A DNA stretch of 64,000 nt from Chiloscyllium plagiosum (Eukaryota): NCBI RefSeq assembly GCF_004010195.1, contig NC_057758.1, forward strand, positions 3,189,881-3,253,880. The letters are read 5' to 3'. Positions 12,747 to 25,371 of the stretch are shown here, in pieces. The notes beneath the pieces are model-generated. The model saw only the letters and a program-made list of their open reading frames with translations, was not told the DNA's origin and did no database searches. The translations under genes and the position numbers were made by a program. How positions within the stretch are numbered: the stretch's first letter is position 1; each line of letters starts with the position of its first letter.

Positions 12747-14932
12747 AAGGATTTGTTAAGCCTCAGGATATCAGATGGAGATCACATTACCGAGCCATCT
12801 TCTTCCTTTTGGCTGCTGAGCACAGAGCATCTTTGCATCTCTGTCTGGAACAGAATCATTAAGTTGGGATGATGTGTTGAGTTTTCGGATAGGTTACGTC
12901 ATTGTATTGTCTTTTGATTCTGTTCTAATCAGGAATCTTGTAATTAAATTCTGTTTTGTTTAAAACGATAAAGATTGGTCAGCAGCATTCACTCCTGGAA
13001 CATTTGCATTGCACCTGCAAAAAACAAAGAGCAATTTTGACAATTTTGGGCACTTTCTTAAAATGCTGTGAGGGAATCTGGCCTGGAACATAACACAAGG
13101 AAGAGAATGATTATACAACATCTCCTGCGATTGCCGAATCAATGAGAAAGAATCTCAAATTGCAGAAGACACAGATGTGATGGTTGGGCGGGGGAGAACA
13201 TAAGCGTATGCAGATGAAAGAAAAATTGGAGAAAAACATGGAGAAATACAAGAAAAATCTAGAAAAAAACAACATCCCAGATACTGTAGAAGACTGGGAG
13301 AAATAATTGGAATTCCAGGGTAGCAAGAAACGTTTAAGAAGTCTATTCAACGGGAAAGAATGGGAAGAAAGCTGGAAAGTGAAATTAGATGTGGAAGACA
13401 AAACCAGACAAATCTCAGTGTGGAAAAACCTAATTGAAATAAGTGAACACATCGATTTTCAAAGATTATGTTTATTTAAGTAAAAAAAACCCAGAAAGAA
13501 TCAAATCTGCTCCTGCTAATAGAATTGCATATCACGGAAGAATTATACTAAAATGCAGGAAATCAAAGAAGAACCAATACGATCTGTGAAATATCAGCTT
13601 TAAGACAAATTATCACAAATGCTTTATAAAATACGTATGTGGAAAAGAAGGAAAGTCTGGAATACTTCGTGAAATCGATTCAGAGAGCGGGGAGAATAAT
13701 GCATAGAACACCCATGAAAGAGAAAAATATGTAGAGATCACCGCAAGTCAAGCAACTATAGTTAGCAACGAACAGGAACAATTCTAAACAACATAGAAAG
13801 GAACAAAAAATTGTTATGTCAGTGTAACCATTAGAAGTGACAGAGGAAGTATGAAACTATCAGCTGGTTGATTGTGCTTTACCTAAACAAAATTATAGGA
13901 ACTCGGCTTCCGAAAATAAAAACGCAATCGTACATTCTTCAAGGCAAAGTTCAGTGTGATTTGCATTGAAAGGCAATGGATATTCAAAGCTGTGAAGGAG
14001 AGTAGAAAATGACATTTAGCATTTTCCACAGTGCTTCAAAATATTTGAAACCGTCACGCAACAGAGACTGTGCAGACTAATGCAAATGCATGAGATTCAG
14101 TTTGGAACAATGCTTAAAACAACGAGCAGGGGTGGGCTTTTTTCCTTAAATAGAAATTGGAGGAATATTGTTTAAATATGAAATTTGTGTTATTGACCAG
14201 GAAATTGGCCTTAAAACTCTCATTAACTTCTTAGAGCTTATGAGAAGTGTTAACAATAGTTTAAACATAACTACAACGATCCCAGAACAGGAAACAGGGA
14301 AAATATGAATTATTGATAAAACGTCAATTATTCAAAGGATCAGTACATCAGCTTGCGCACATTATGATTATTACCGATGTTCTAAATGATCACGTGAGAG
14401 GAGAACATGCCTGGGCGGCCACTGAACTTAAAAAAGCCTATTACATGTGGAGGAATGGCAGTTGAACAGAGGACCGTGTAAGGACCGGTATTGACGGTTG
14501 AGAAAACACGATTGTGATAAAGGCATAATGATAATGTAGAGATAATAAAAACAAGTGAGTTGCTTCACCTACCTGGAATTGGTTGTAGAAGAAGACAAAA
14601 TCTATTTATTCATTATTAAGTAGTGTGATGAGAGTGTTCTTGTCAATCCAGTGTTTCTTAACCACCTCAAAATGTCCAATTAAATGTCTTAAATTAATGA
14701 AGTTCAAATGAAGCAACGGACCACCTCTGGATACTCAGAAGAAATGAAATGGAATATTTCATGCTCCCACATTGTTGTTAATCTTTAAAAAATTATTGAA
14801 ACATATTTTTAAACCGACTTTGTTCTTTAAAGCTGAAATTTGAGTAGCAATGAGAAGAGATTGACTATGCCTGAGCAATTGGTGCAAATTAGAAGATCAG
14901 GCACTGGTCCATTCGGGGGAAAACAACTCTGA

Positions 14933-17150
14933 AAAAACTATGGATATTGCAATCCTAAAACAAACATGGAAATTGCGCGGATATCTTAGCAGGTCTGGCA
15001 GCATCTGTGGAGATATCGCACAATTAATGCTTCGGGACCAGTAACCCTTCTTCAGAACTGATAGTAAGTAGGAAAAGGATTGTTTTATGCTGAGGATGGG
15101 GTGAAGACGAGGAAAAATAATATAGTGCTGGAGATAAAAAGGTAGTGAAAAGTATTTGGACAATGAAAGGGGTGCTTGAAGGTCATTCTGGTAGAGTGAA
15201 TAGTTGTTAATGGGGATTATTAGTGACTTTAGTTTGACAGTGATTGGTTGCAAACTATGCAATAACAAGGCCGGAGGAATACTTGTGGAAATGTGCTTAA
15301 GCCCACAAAGTGTTCTACTATATGTTAGTTAAAGATGCCTGCAGGTGTCCCAATTGAGAAATAAGGTGCTATTCTTCCAATTTACGTTGAGCCTCGCTGG
15401 AGCACTATAACAGCCTGAGACAGAGATGTTGGCCCAGAAACACGATCAGGCATTGAAATGGCCAGCAACAAGAAGCTGTGGGCATTTTTTGGCTGACAGA
15501 ATACAGGTTTTCCACAAAGAATTCAATTACTCTGCACGTCGTTTCTCCAGTGTAGCGGAGAATACATTCCGACCAGTGAATGCAGTAGATTAGGCTGAGT
15601 GAAGCGCATATGAAGCGTTGCCTCACGGGAAAGTATTTCTGAGACCTTCGATGCATTGGAAGAGGAGGAAATTAAAGGAGAAGTGGTCCAGGGTATCCCG
15701 GACGGATTGGTATTTGCAGACGGCTGACACTAGAGGAGGATGCAAGAATGTCTCTGGTGGTGGCAACCTGCTGGACGTGGCAGTCATGGCGAATAACGAT
15801 TCTCTTGGTTTGAATGCTCTTTGACTTGTAGGTGAGGACAAGGAGGATCCTATCGTTGTTGTAGAAGGGAAGAAAAGAGATAAGGCCTGAAGTGCTGGAG
15901 ATGGTTTGTACATGGCTCAGTGCCTTGTCAACTTCCGTCCAGATGATGTCTTGCTTGAGGAAGAAGTTTCACATTTTGTTGGCCTCTTCTCGATGTTGGC
16001 ACGATTAGAATAAATGCAACAGGGACGGAGGAAATGGGAGCAAGAACAGAGCCTTTACAAGAAGGAGGGTGTGACGTTATACAGTCATGGTAACTGGGGA
16101 GTCAGGGGGTCTGCAGTAGATTTTCTGTCCACTCTCTCCGTAAAAATGGAAACGGAGATGTCAAGAATGACCATGTATTGATGAGAGCAGAATCAAAATT
16201 GAAAGTGAAATCGATAAAGCTTTACTGGTTGGATACTATAGCGGGAATCAGCACCAATGATGCCAGGGAAAGATTTTTGATCAGCAGCCGTGTTTGGACT
16301 GGAACAAAGAATTTTCCACATAACCCATAAGGAGACAGGCACGGCTGTAACCCGTATTGCAAACCATCGCCAACCCGTCGACCTGAAGAAATTGAAAAAA
16401 AATTAAAAGAGTAATTGTTAATGATGAGGACACTCTATCAGACAAAGGAGGAGGATGGCAGAAGCGGAAGGGTCAGACCCTTCTTTTACACAAAAAGGAT
16501 TGGGGAACCCAGAAACTATCCTAATCGGGAATGGATGTGTAAAGGAATTGCATGTCCATGGTAAACAGGCAGTGGCGGGAAGCCGCGAACTGGAAATTCT
16601 GAAACTGATGTAAAGCACTAGTGTATTGATAGAAGTAAATGGGAATGAACTGCAAAGGGGAGAAACAAATCGATTCGACTTTGAAACAGATGTGTTCTTT
16701 CGAGCAAGAGTCGTCCAAAAGAACAGATATGTCTGGGAAATCCTGGTGTAAATTTACAAAAGGCAAAGAAGTCAACTGTGAAGGTTTGTGAGACTACATG
16801 ATTAGAGGCAGTGGAGCAGATACCAACAACTGAAATAAGTTTAGGGACAGTTGTAGACAAAATGCACTGATGTTCGATTGTAGTTTTTGAGTTGGATCTG
16901 AAAGCACGGCGATCAGTCTATTCAGAGGCAGATAGGTCTTAATTGGTATGGGGGGAGTGGCAGAGAAACTCAGACGACCAATACAAATTCGACAGGTCTG
17001 AATGAACCGGTCAGATGTATGTTAAACGTAAGGGGAGGTTCCAGGAGGATAGAGCGTTGGGAAAATGAGTAAAGCGGTCTGTGGGATGAAGAGAAGGTAC
17101 TGGTCCAAGGAAAAGGGCATAGAGGACAGTGTGTATATCAGGGTTCATCG
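14933..17150 (-). mobile_element. Decayed Penelope-like retroelement (RT + GIY-YIG + 3' pseudo-LTR)
   Basis: LFTMDMQFLYTSIP (RT), ACLLMGYVE, RFICASLSLIYCIHWSECILRYTGET (GIY-YIG); terminal repeat with hammerhead-like motif at 15026-15060. Confidence 0.85.
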
Positions 17151-17968
17151 AAGAACGTGGTATGGAAGAGTGCAACAATGAACATAATTAATTTGTATTG
17201 CAATTTTTCAGGAAGCGCATGTTGTAATCCGAATGTTTTCAGTAAATCAGTCAGGCAGCTGGAGAAGGGATGCAAACACAACGGTGAGGGAAGAATGTCT
17301 AATCAACAGGCAGTTACATCAATAATGTTTGTGAACAAATGCTACCACCACAGTTTGTTTTTACGAAGAATGAAATGTTGTGCATTGGCTCAGAAATATT
17401 TCATTCTTGTATTTCATAGCTGTGATCAGAAGACGCTGTCTTCAGCAATAAAGGACATGGTGGAGAAAGAAACATGATTACCGATAAAATCAAGAGGAAT
17501 AAAGCAGGTGGGGAACAAATAGGTTAGGACAGCAAATTTCCTGAAAGATGAGGTGGATGATATTTAATGTTAGAAAACTTAAAATTTTCAAAAATGATTA
17601 CAACCGCTGAAACCCTATCAGCAGTATGTGAATCTGATTGCAATTGCACGACTATCGATGTGATTCTTCCTAAAATTTTATGCAACCAAACAGGCTGTGA
17701 AAAAAACTCAGGTTTAGTGTAGGCCGGCCTTGTTAAATATTCTCCCAATGCAATCGTGGGTTTTCCATAGAATTCAAAGCCCTACACGGACGGAGACTTA
17801 AATTCATAAAGCAGAAGCATCGAGTAAAGGCGTAAGGTGTTGGAACAATGTAAAGCAACGTAGCATAACTGCTAATTCGATGCATTTAAAAACAACTACA
17901 AAGTAGAGCCTCAAAACTACATTGATCAAGCAAAGTGATATCTGAGGTTGGGTAAAAATGTGATTCTT

Positions 17969-18086
17969 GGAGAAAGTGAGGACTGCAGATGCTGGAGATC
18001 AACGTCAGAAGTGTGGTGCTGAAAAAGCAGAGCAGCATTCGAGGAGAAGGAGAACCAATGGTTCGGGCATAAGCCCGTCATCAGAA
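17969..18086 (-). mobile_element. Single-arm copy of the Penelope-derived mini-element family
   Basis: GGAGAAAGTGAGGACTGCAGATGCTGGAGATC terminus; minus strand CTGATGA-C-GGGC-TTAT-GCCC-GAAC. Confidence 0.75.
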
Positions 18087-18677
18087 AGTTAATCTGTAAA
18101 TGTGCATCAAAATATTAGAATAGAATGATTGCAATCTTTTAGGCCCTGACCGATTCTTAGCATCAGGTCACCCTCCATTTCAAGCATTCAGTTACTTGTC
18201 GATTGTGGAGGACAACATAGATTAAACAAAGTGATACTGACACACAGGGGAAGTCGATATAACTCAAAGAACAGTTGCCTAAATCTCATTATTCAAGGAA
18301 CTCACAGAGCAGCTTGCACCAGTGAATGCAGAGGCATGAAAGGTTTAAAACGTTGAGCACACTTTGAGATTTTCAAGACCAATTAAATGGAAAAGCATAG
18401 ATATTGCAGAAGGCATTGACATGAAGCAGGTTACAGAGATACATTGGATGTGAGGCCGCAGATGTTAGCCAAACATTGTGATACACTAATTCACACAAGA
18501 AAATCTTCCGTTTTCACTTTAGTAGGTCTATACTCGATTTTTCACAATTACATTTCGTGTTCCTATCAATGTACTATTTCGGCTTAACATAAGCACGCTT
18601 TCCTAATTATATTTATTAAGTAACTGCAACTACTGTGAGTATTGTGACTAATTAACTCCCTGAAGTTTTGATGCATG

Positions 18678-18689
18678 TATAAATATAAA
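18678..18689 (+). promoter_or_regulatory. Tandem TATA boxes of the GPR139-like gene
   Basis: TATAAATATAAA ~75-85 nt upstream of ATG 18764; the paralogue has TATAAA at 49428-49423. Confidence 0.55.
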
Positions 18690-18763
18690 TGCCGTTTCAT
18701 TGGACTGGCCATGACACGTCAGAGTATTTTACATCTGACAGAAATCATTTACTGCTCCACAAA

Positions 18764-20239
18764 ATGGGGAAGCCTGCAATTCTGCTGGTGAAAGAGATAT
18801 ACTACCCGTTGCTTGCATCTGTTGCTGTTCCCGGTAAGTCGATTCATTTTTAACTGACATTTCCTCATTAATCTGTTCAGAGATGCTTCACACGCCACCG
18901 CAACAGGTCGGATCTCATCCAGGGTTTCTCTGTCCAGGGACAGGGGAACGAACATGACACCCCAATAGAACCTCGTGCGCCGTTACAATTTCTGTGTATT
19001 GATCCCTGCCTTCTCTCATCTTGTTAATTCAGTTAATTAAGTCAAGTCACCATTTTATCTTGTTGCAAAGTTCCATGGTATTAACTGTATGGACTACTGA
19101 TCAATCTTGCTTCACATCTCTGCATTCACTTCATCTTGCTGGTGTGATCATAATGTTCCTGAAACATTTTTGGAATGTTTTGTTATCGCATACAAACTGA
19201 TCTCAATGCCAGTTAATTAAATACTTTTCGTATGCTGTTAATCAGATGCATTGACTCACATAATTGTATATCATTTGAATCAAGAATTGAAATTTTATTC
19301 AGGTTTTTTTTCTCTCTCATAGGAAACTTGGCCACAATTCGGATTCTTTCACAAGGAAAGTGTGGCCTTTCCAACTGTGTCACTGTTTATATGTTCGCTA
19401 TGGCAACGACAGATCTACTGGTCCTAATCAACAATGTAATATTCTACCATATCTTCAGTTATCACTTTCCTTTTTCGTTCCTGTCCCATACTCCTCGTTG
19501 CAGAGTCATTATATATCGGACTGCTGTCACTCCCGATTTATCTGTTTGGTGCGTTGTCTCCTTCACATTTGACCGATTTGTAGTAATTTGCTGCCAGGGG
19601 TTTCAAGCAAAGTATTGTACCAAAAGAACGTCGATCACTCTAATAATGACTATGACAGTTGTGATCGTATTGAAGGAAATTCCAGTTTTGTTTGCTTATG
19701 AACCTCAGCAAATTATTAACGACTTGCCATGGGGCTGCCAGTCAAGTGAAGCTTTTTTTTCGTCTTCTGCAGGGATTGGATTTGTCTGGTTTTACAGTGC
19801 CACTGTGGTTTGGATTCCATTTGCTCTGATTGTCTTGTGCAATTCAATAATTATCAAACGTATTGTACAGGCAAATAGAACCCGCTTTGCTCTCCGGAGT
19901 TCCAAGTGTGGAAATCAATGTGATTCAGAAATGGAAAACCGCAGAAAGTCCATCATTTTATTATTCTCGATAACAGTAAGTTTTATTGTGCTCTGGTCGA
20001 CGGTTGCTGTGGGGTTGTGTGTTACCAAACTGACAAATAGCGTTTATTACCGTGGCAAGTTCACAAACCCTGATTTTATCGCCATGGAAATGGCAGATAT
20101 GTTGAAGTATTTTAGTTGTTTTCTAAACCCGTGTATTTATGCAGCGACACAGAGCAAATTTAGAGCAGAGCTGAAAAATATGGCAAGATTTTCGTGTATA
20201 TTATTTCAGAGACAGTTTTGTCAGAAAACTGTAAAATGA
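18764..20239 (+). CDS. Probable G-protein coupled receptor 139-like class A 7TM receptor; join(18764..18833,19323..20239), 328 aa
   Basis: Exon 1 MGKPAILLVKEIYYPLLASVAVP-G|gtaagt; acceptor tctctcatag|GA in phase 1 giving PGNLATIRILSQGKCGLS; MATTDLL (TM2), FTFDRF (TM3), PWGC (ECL2), EMENRRKSIILLF, NPCIY (TM7); no stops. Confidence 0.9.
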
Positions 20240-20874
20240 ATTTATTCCAACAAATGGCTGTGCCCAATGAACGTTTCATTTCACGTCTCTTTCAAACATA
20301 AACATTCTGTGTTTTTGTGTAAAAATGAAACATGATTGATTTCTGTATTCATGTAACATGGATGTCCCTCAACTTTTTTCATGTGGGTATTTTCCTGGGT
20401 TTTTGTCGAGTAAATGAAACCTACTATATTAAAACTGCGCACCCTTCAATCAAAGACCGAAGATAATCTGATGTTTATGGACTTCAACTTCAATGTGGAA
20501 AACTAAGGGTTTCATTGCAGCCATTGAGAGTAAAGACATAAATTTGAAAAGACCGTCAACCGAGTTTCATTAGTACAAAGCAAAGTTACAATATGCCCAG
20601 ATATCTTGGTAATTTCGTCATACTTTACTTCAGAATATTGTCGGGAGTGGGCACATTGTGAGAGAGAGCTCATCAATGAGAAAGTTGACACGAATCTGTT
20701 CACACGACTGATGTTGTGTAGAGGAAGCAGTCCACATGCAGTCCATCAATGTAACACCTCACTTCTTCGGTCTTGGACATTTCTACAATTAAACCATCAA
20801 GCTCATTAAAACTATTATCTCTTACCAATCTTGATTAGTACAACATAAGTTTTAAGGACACGATAAAAGTATAA

Positions 20875-21005
20875 TATGAAAGAGAAACTCGGCATATCTG
20901 GCAGAATCTGTGAAGAGGCGAAACAGTAAACATTTCGAATCACGTGATCTTTGATCAGGGTGGTTAAGGAAATTTTTTGTGTTTTCTCTGCATCAGCTGT
21001 GAAGC
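20875..21005. mobile_element. Decayed Penelope-derived terminal repeat fragment
   Basis: AAACTCGGCATATCTGGCAGAATCTGTG resembles the terminus at 14985-15010. Confidence 0.4.
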
Positions 21006-21632
21006 ACATGATATAATAATGCAGTAAATAAAAGTTTTCCACAGTATTATTAAGATGTTTGCTTGATGTAAATTAAATGAATCCCAAGAAAACTTCTCCA
21101 TTAAACCTGATAAAATAAGATTCATATTAATTATCTGCTCAGGCAAACAGAAAAGGCAGGAGGAACACTCTAGTTCTTGTAGAAATCATGGAGATAATTA
21201 AATACTGTTTTGAGAACGGTTATTTTTCTTCAGTGTATTCAAACTGAACATTTACATTTGGTGAGAAACAGAAAGAAGTGTTTTTCAATACGCTTTCTCA
21301 GTCTGTCAAGTCATAAATTAAAAACGACATGCAAAATTGAAAATTTGATAATATGATTATCAGTCACCTTACGTTTTCGCCAGGAACACTGAGAATGGAT
21401 TCTCAGTGGAAAAAAACTTTATATGGCGAGTATGGACAGTCAACACTCCGAAGTTAATCTTCCCGTTTTCAGGAAATACATTCTGCAATAAAACCTGTGT
21501 TAAGGACATTTAGCATGGACTACCAGTGTGAACGATTGTTGAGATAGAGTCAGAACGCCAAGGGTCACTGGGGAAAATCCATTAAATTCCAATTCCACTG
21601 AACAGACAGAGACAGATCTATAAGCTTATATA

Positions 21633-21690
21633 TGCGTGTGTGTGTGTGTGTGTGTGTGTGTGGTGTGCGTGTGTGTGCGTGTGTGTGTGT
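21633..21690. repeat. (GT)n microsatellite, imperfect
   Basis: Read directly. Confidence 0.9.
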
Positions 21691-22487
21691 TTAAGATTGC
21701 CTCTGCCTGCAAGGAGGGAGTTAATTCTGTGTGCAAGCCTGACAGACCTCTTGATATTTCAGAAGACTTTTCGAAGAGAAAACCGTGAAAATTTCTCCTC
21801 ACCTTAGTGACTAAATAATAACTATTGCACGAATTAACGAAAGATCATTCTTGAAGCTATATGCACACCAGCGAGTTCGGCCCCAACTCCAACTGACAAA
21901 CGATGATGGATTGTTAAGTGCTGTCCCACAAAGAGTGAATTTGACCAGGATTTGGTGCATGAGGTTTGGACAGATTGAGAGAATCATTTACTCAGTTACA
22001 ACAACTAAAGTCTACTAATTTTCTTTCTGGAGCATTTCAGACATTCCCATTATCCCACAAAAATTCAAAGGATGGAGGTGTCATTAGCGAAATCATCATT
22101 TGTTGTTCAAATTGCCCTATAGAGCAGTTCAGAGTTCACCACGTTTCTGTGAATCTGGAGACAAAGTTAGAGTGGTAGTTACATTCACTTTAGGACATTA
22201 GTGAACCAAATGTTCTTTTTAAGCAATGGCCTTCATTCCAGATGTTTCTCCATCAGTCTCATTGGGTTCAAATTCCCAAATCAGAATAGTGCTGAGAAGG
22301 GTTAGTGGACTTGACAGCTAACAGCTCTCCACAGACACAGTCAAATCCGTTGAATTTCTCGACCGTTCGATTGTTTACAGTATTCCAGTTGAGATCATTA
22401 ATTGTTGCATTAGCTTCACGTTTGTGCAAATCGAGTTTTACTTGTTCAAAAGTGCAGAGGATTTCCGATTGAATTAGCAAATGAGGA

Positions 22488-22805
22488 TGGCATGGTGGCT
22501 CGGTGATAATCACTGCTGACTCAGAGCACCAGTACCCGGGTGACTATCTGTCTGCAGTTTTCACGATCACCCCCCGCCCCCACCACCACCACGAACCCGT
22601 GCCTGCGTGGGTATGCTCTGGTTTCCTCCAACAATCCAAAGATGTGCAGGTCAGGAAATTTGGCATTGCTAAATTGCCCATAGCGTTAGATGCATGCGTA
22701 AGGGGTAAATATCGGTACGGGAATGGGTTTGAGCCTTTCCTTGGAAGGTCAGTGTGGACTTGTTGGGTGAAAGGGGATGTTTCCATGCTGCAGGGAATCT
22801 AATCA
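22488..22805 (+). mobile_element. HE1/V-type SINE, diverged
   Basis: GGCATGGTGGCTCGGTG head, GGTTTCCTCC..CAAAGATGTGCAGG core, GGAATCTAATC tail. Confidence 0.85.
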
Positions 22806-23999
22806 AAGATGTCAGTGAGGCTAGACCGAGGCAAGTAACTTCCCACAGGCAGTGGGTTTCGAAGAAATGTTGCAGTCTTTTGATATGTGATATCTTTCAT
22901 TCCGTTTTTGGTTTTTAGGATAGCCTCATCTACTTTGCTTCATGCAAAATTTTGTGGAAGAAAGCGTATCAAGAACACTCTGATAATTAGAAACAAACGT
23001 TAAATGTGGTAGTATTCCTGCTTATCATTATGGCGGTAGAGATGTTGCTACATTTCCATGTAGATTTAGTTTTAATTCTCTCCGGGCAGCTCACGTGGTA
23101 ATCTGGATGGTGTTACCTTTGAGGTTCTGTTTCAGATATTTTTGTGCTGGCTACGATCGTGGAGCATGTGCATAATGCTCGAGAGTCATGTAGATGTCGA
23201 AAGGATTTGTTAAGTATTGGTTCGATTGTGACCAGGTAAATGTCTGGAAATGCAGTGACAAGAGTGATAAATGCTCGTGTTCACTGAGAGAGCAGCACAT
23301 GGTAGAGCATTAAATTGTGGATCTAAATGCGCTCGATTTTGCAAGTGTGTTCAAATAGTTTCATTAACCAAAACAAAATGGACAAGTGGTGAACCTCCTC
23401 TGTTTTTGTGATGTAAACGTCGATATTAATCGCTCTCAGGTCACGTTTGTATTTAATCCCTCCACGACATTCTAACCTGGACTCATCTCCTTCTCAACTG
23501 TTCAATGTTTTCACATGCAGGTCCATTTAAGTGATCACAAGATGCTGATTTTTTTTTTGAATATCTACCTGTTATCTGCGTTGGGTTGTGTTGGATTTTC
23601 ACTTCCTGCTGTAACTTCTCGGTTGAAGCACCTAAGCTGTGAATTATGCTGTGAACTGAACAAAGTTCCCGCAGCAACTGAAGTAAACACTTAACCTAAT
23701 TAATTCAGTATTTAATCAATTAAACTGATATTTTCTAGTTTCAATTGAAATTTGTGGCAATAAAGTAGCCTATCGAATGGTAAAAGACTGAGGGGAGTTC
23801 TAGTTCGTCGAACATTATCACACATGGTGTGGAGAAAATTTCAATGTATCTCTCTAGTCCTCCAGTTTCTCAGTCCGCACAAACCTTCCACTCTCCTTAT
23901 TTCCTCCATTTACTCTGTGTATACCGAAAACTTGTAAATAATTTAAACGTCCTTTAAAAACTACTGAGCAGCAAAACTAACCGGAAACCAAATGAAATA

Positions 24000-24158
24000 T
24001 GAATGCAGTAAATCAGAAACAAATACTGAAGTAGCTGGGAAAGCTCAGCAGTATCTATGCAGAGAAATCAGAGTTTACATTTCCGGACGACTGAAGGGTC
24101 ACCTGACTGAAACTTTAACTTCAATTTCTTTCCACAGATGCTGCTTGCCCTGCTGACT
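24000..24158. mobile_element. Decayed Penelope-derived fold-back element
   Basis: Left arm CTCAGCAG..ATCT..GCAGAGAAATCAGAGTT mirrored by AACTTCAATTTCTTTCCACAGATGCTGC..CCTGCTGA; CTGAAGGGTC..GACTGAAAC remnant. Confidence 0.55.
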
Positions 24159-24764
24159 GTAAGTCTAAATGTACCAGATTTTGCAAGCGGTTCATTAACC
24201 ACAGCAGAAAAGGACAAGTGGTTGAACTCCTCTGTTTTTTGTGATTTAATGATCGGTGATACTGGCTCTCAGTTCGTGGTGGCAATCGAATCCCTGCAAT
24301 CTGAACTTCTTCTGTCCCATTGGTTTGTCCTTCCATTCTGCCATCTCAATGGTGTTTCTTCAGGGTTATGGGGCTTCTGTGTGGCAAGGACAAGTCTTCT
24401 TCTCCATCGAACTCACTCAGTCAGGTCTCATTGAATATTCCTGTTCACACATTTACAGCCATTTAAAGATTATTCGCCTTGCTCTGTTCACAACCAAATT
24501 TGACAACTTCACATTTATAATAAATTATCTGGAATGCATTTGAACCGTTATTCTGTCTGATTGGGCGTTAATGTTTCATCATGATGGTATGCGTTTCCCC
24601 TCATGTATGTATGCATTTTAATCTATACTCTTAATCGACACAATATTAATTTAGACTACACATGTTGTATGTTTCAGCCTGTTAATCTTTGCAAGATTCC
24701 ATGTTTCTCTGTATACATGCACGTATAAGTTCCTGTACTTATTGTTTACCTTGTAAAGATTTAT

Positions 24765-25090
24765 AAAATATTGGACCAGGATGAGGGTGGAAATTCGGTA
24801 GATTGACGAGGTCTTTTTCCGAGTATGCGAGAGTTCAACCCTAAAGGACCTGGTGAGAAGGGAGAAATATTAAAGGAAGCTAAATGGTAATGTCTTCACA
24901 CAGAGTGAATCATGTATGGAATCAGCTGGCAGAGCAAATAGTGGAGACTGGTACAAGTGCAATATTTCAAACTCTTCTGATAGTTGTATATATAGGAAGG
25001 CTTCGAGTGTTACGGGCTACATGCTGGCAACTGGAATAAAATCAGATTGGGATATCTGTTTGGAAGGGAGCAGTTGGATATCTAGCAGTA
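24765..25090 (+). mobile_element. Old CR1 3' fragment
   Basis: TTTATAAAAT..., TTCACACAGAGTG..GTATGGAAT typical of CR1 ORF2 end and 3' UTR. Confidence 0.55.
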
Positions 25091-25254
25091 TCTCCTACCC
25101 CTTCTGGCGACATCTCTGCTGATCATTCTTTCTGGAGACTTCACCTACACAACTGGTGCAAATGGAATATCTGGACGGGTTGTCAGCAACCTGGACATCA
25201 CGTGCAGATACGTGGCGGCACTTTTAAAGTCGCCAAGCTGCACGATGTTTACAC

Positions 25255-25326
25255 ACCAGTGTTACGAGACGTAAAAATATGATAGCAGATGCGCTATCAT
25301 GGATTTAAAGGGTAAAGTAACCAAAT

Positions 25327-25371
<45 letters not shown>

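Larger units (their letters stand above)
11505..12860 (-). mobile_element. Tx1/L1-clade LINE RT remnant interrupted by two hairpin elements
   Basis: Minus strand reads CLISLDHEKVFNRI...RDVLSKM / FGEGFCNWIRLLY (LD-x-EKAFD motif, frameshifted). Confidence 0.75.

Noticed and set aside
14572..14700. Possible fifth receptor exon 1 on minus (AATTGGAC ... AATTCCAG|gtaggt)
   Set aside because: Too short, in-frame stop and no recognisable TM1 residues; cannot be supported
19232..19322. ORF-track N-terminus MLLIRCIDSHN... as part of the receptor
   Set aside because: Lies in the intron; it ends in a polypyrimidine tract plus AG and lacks the TM1 start supplied by exon 1
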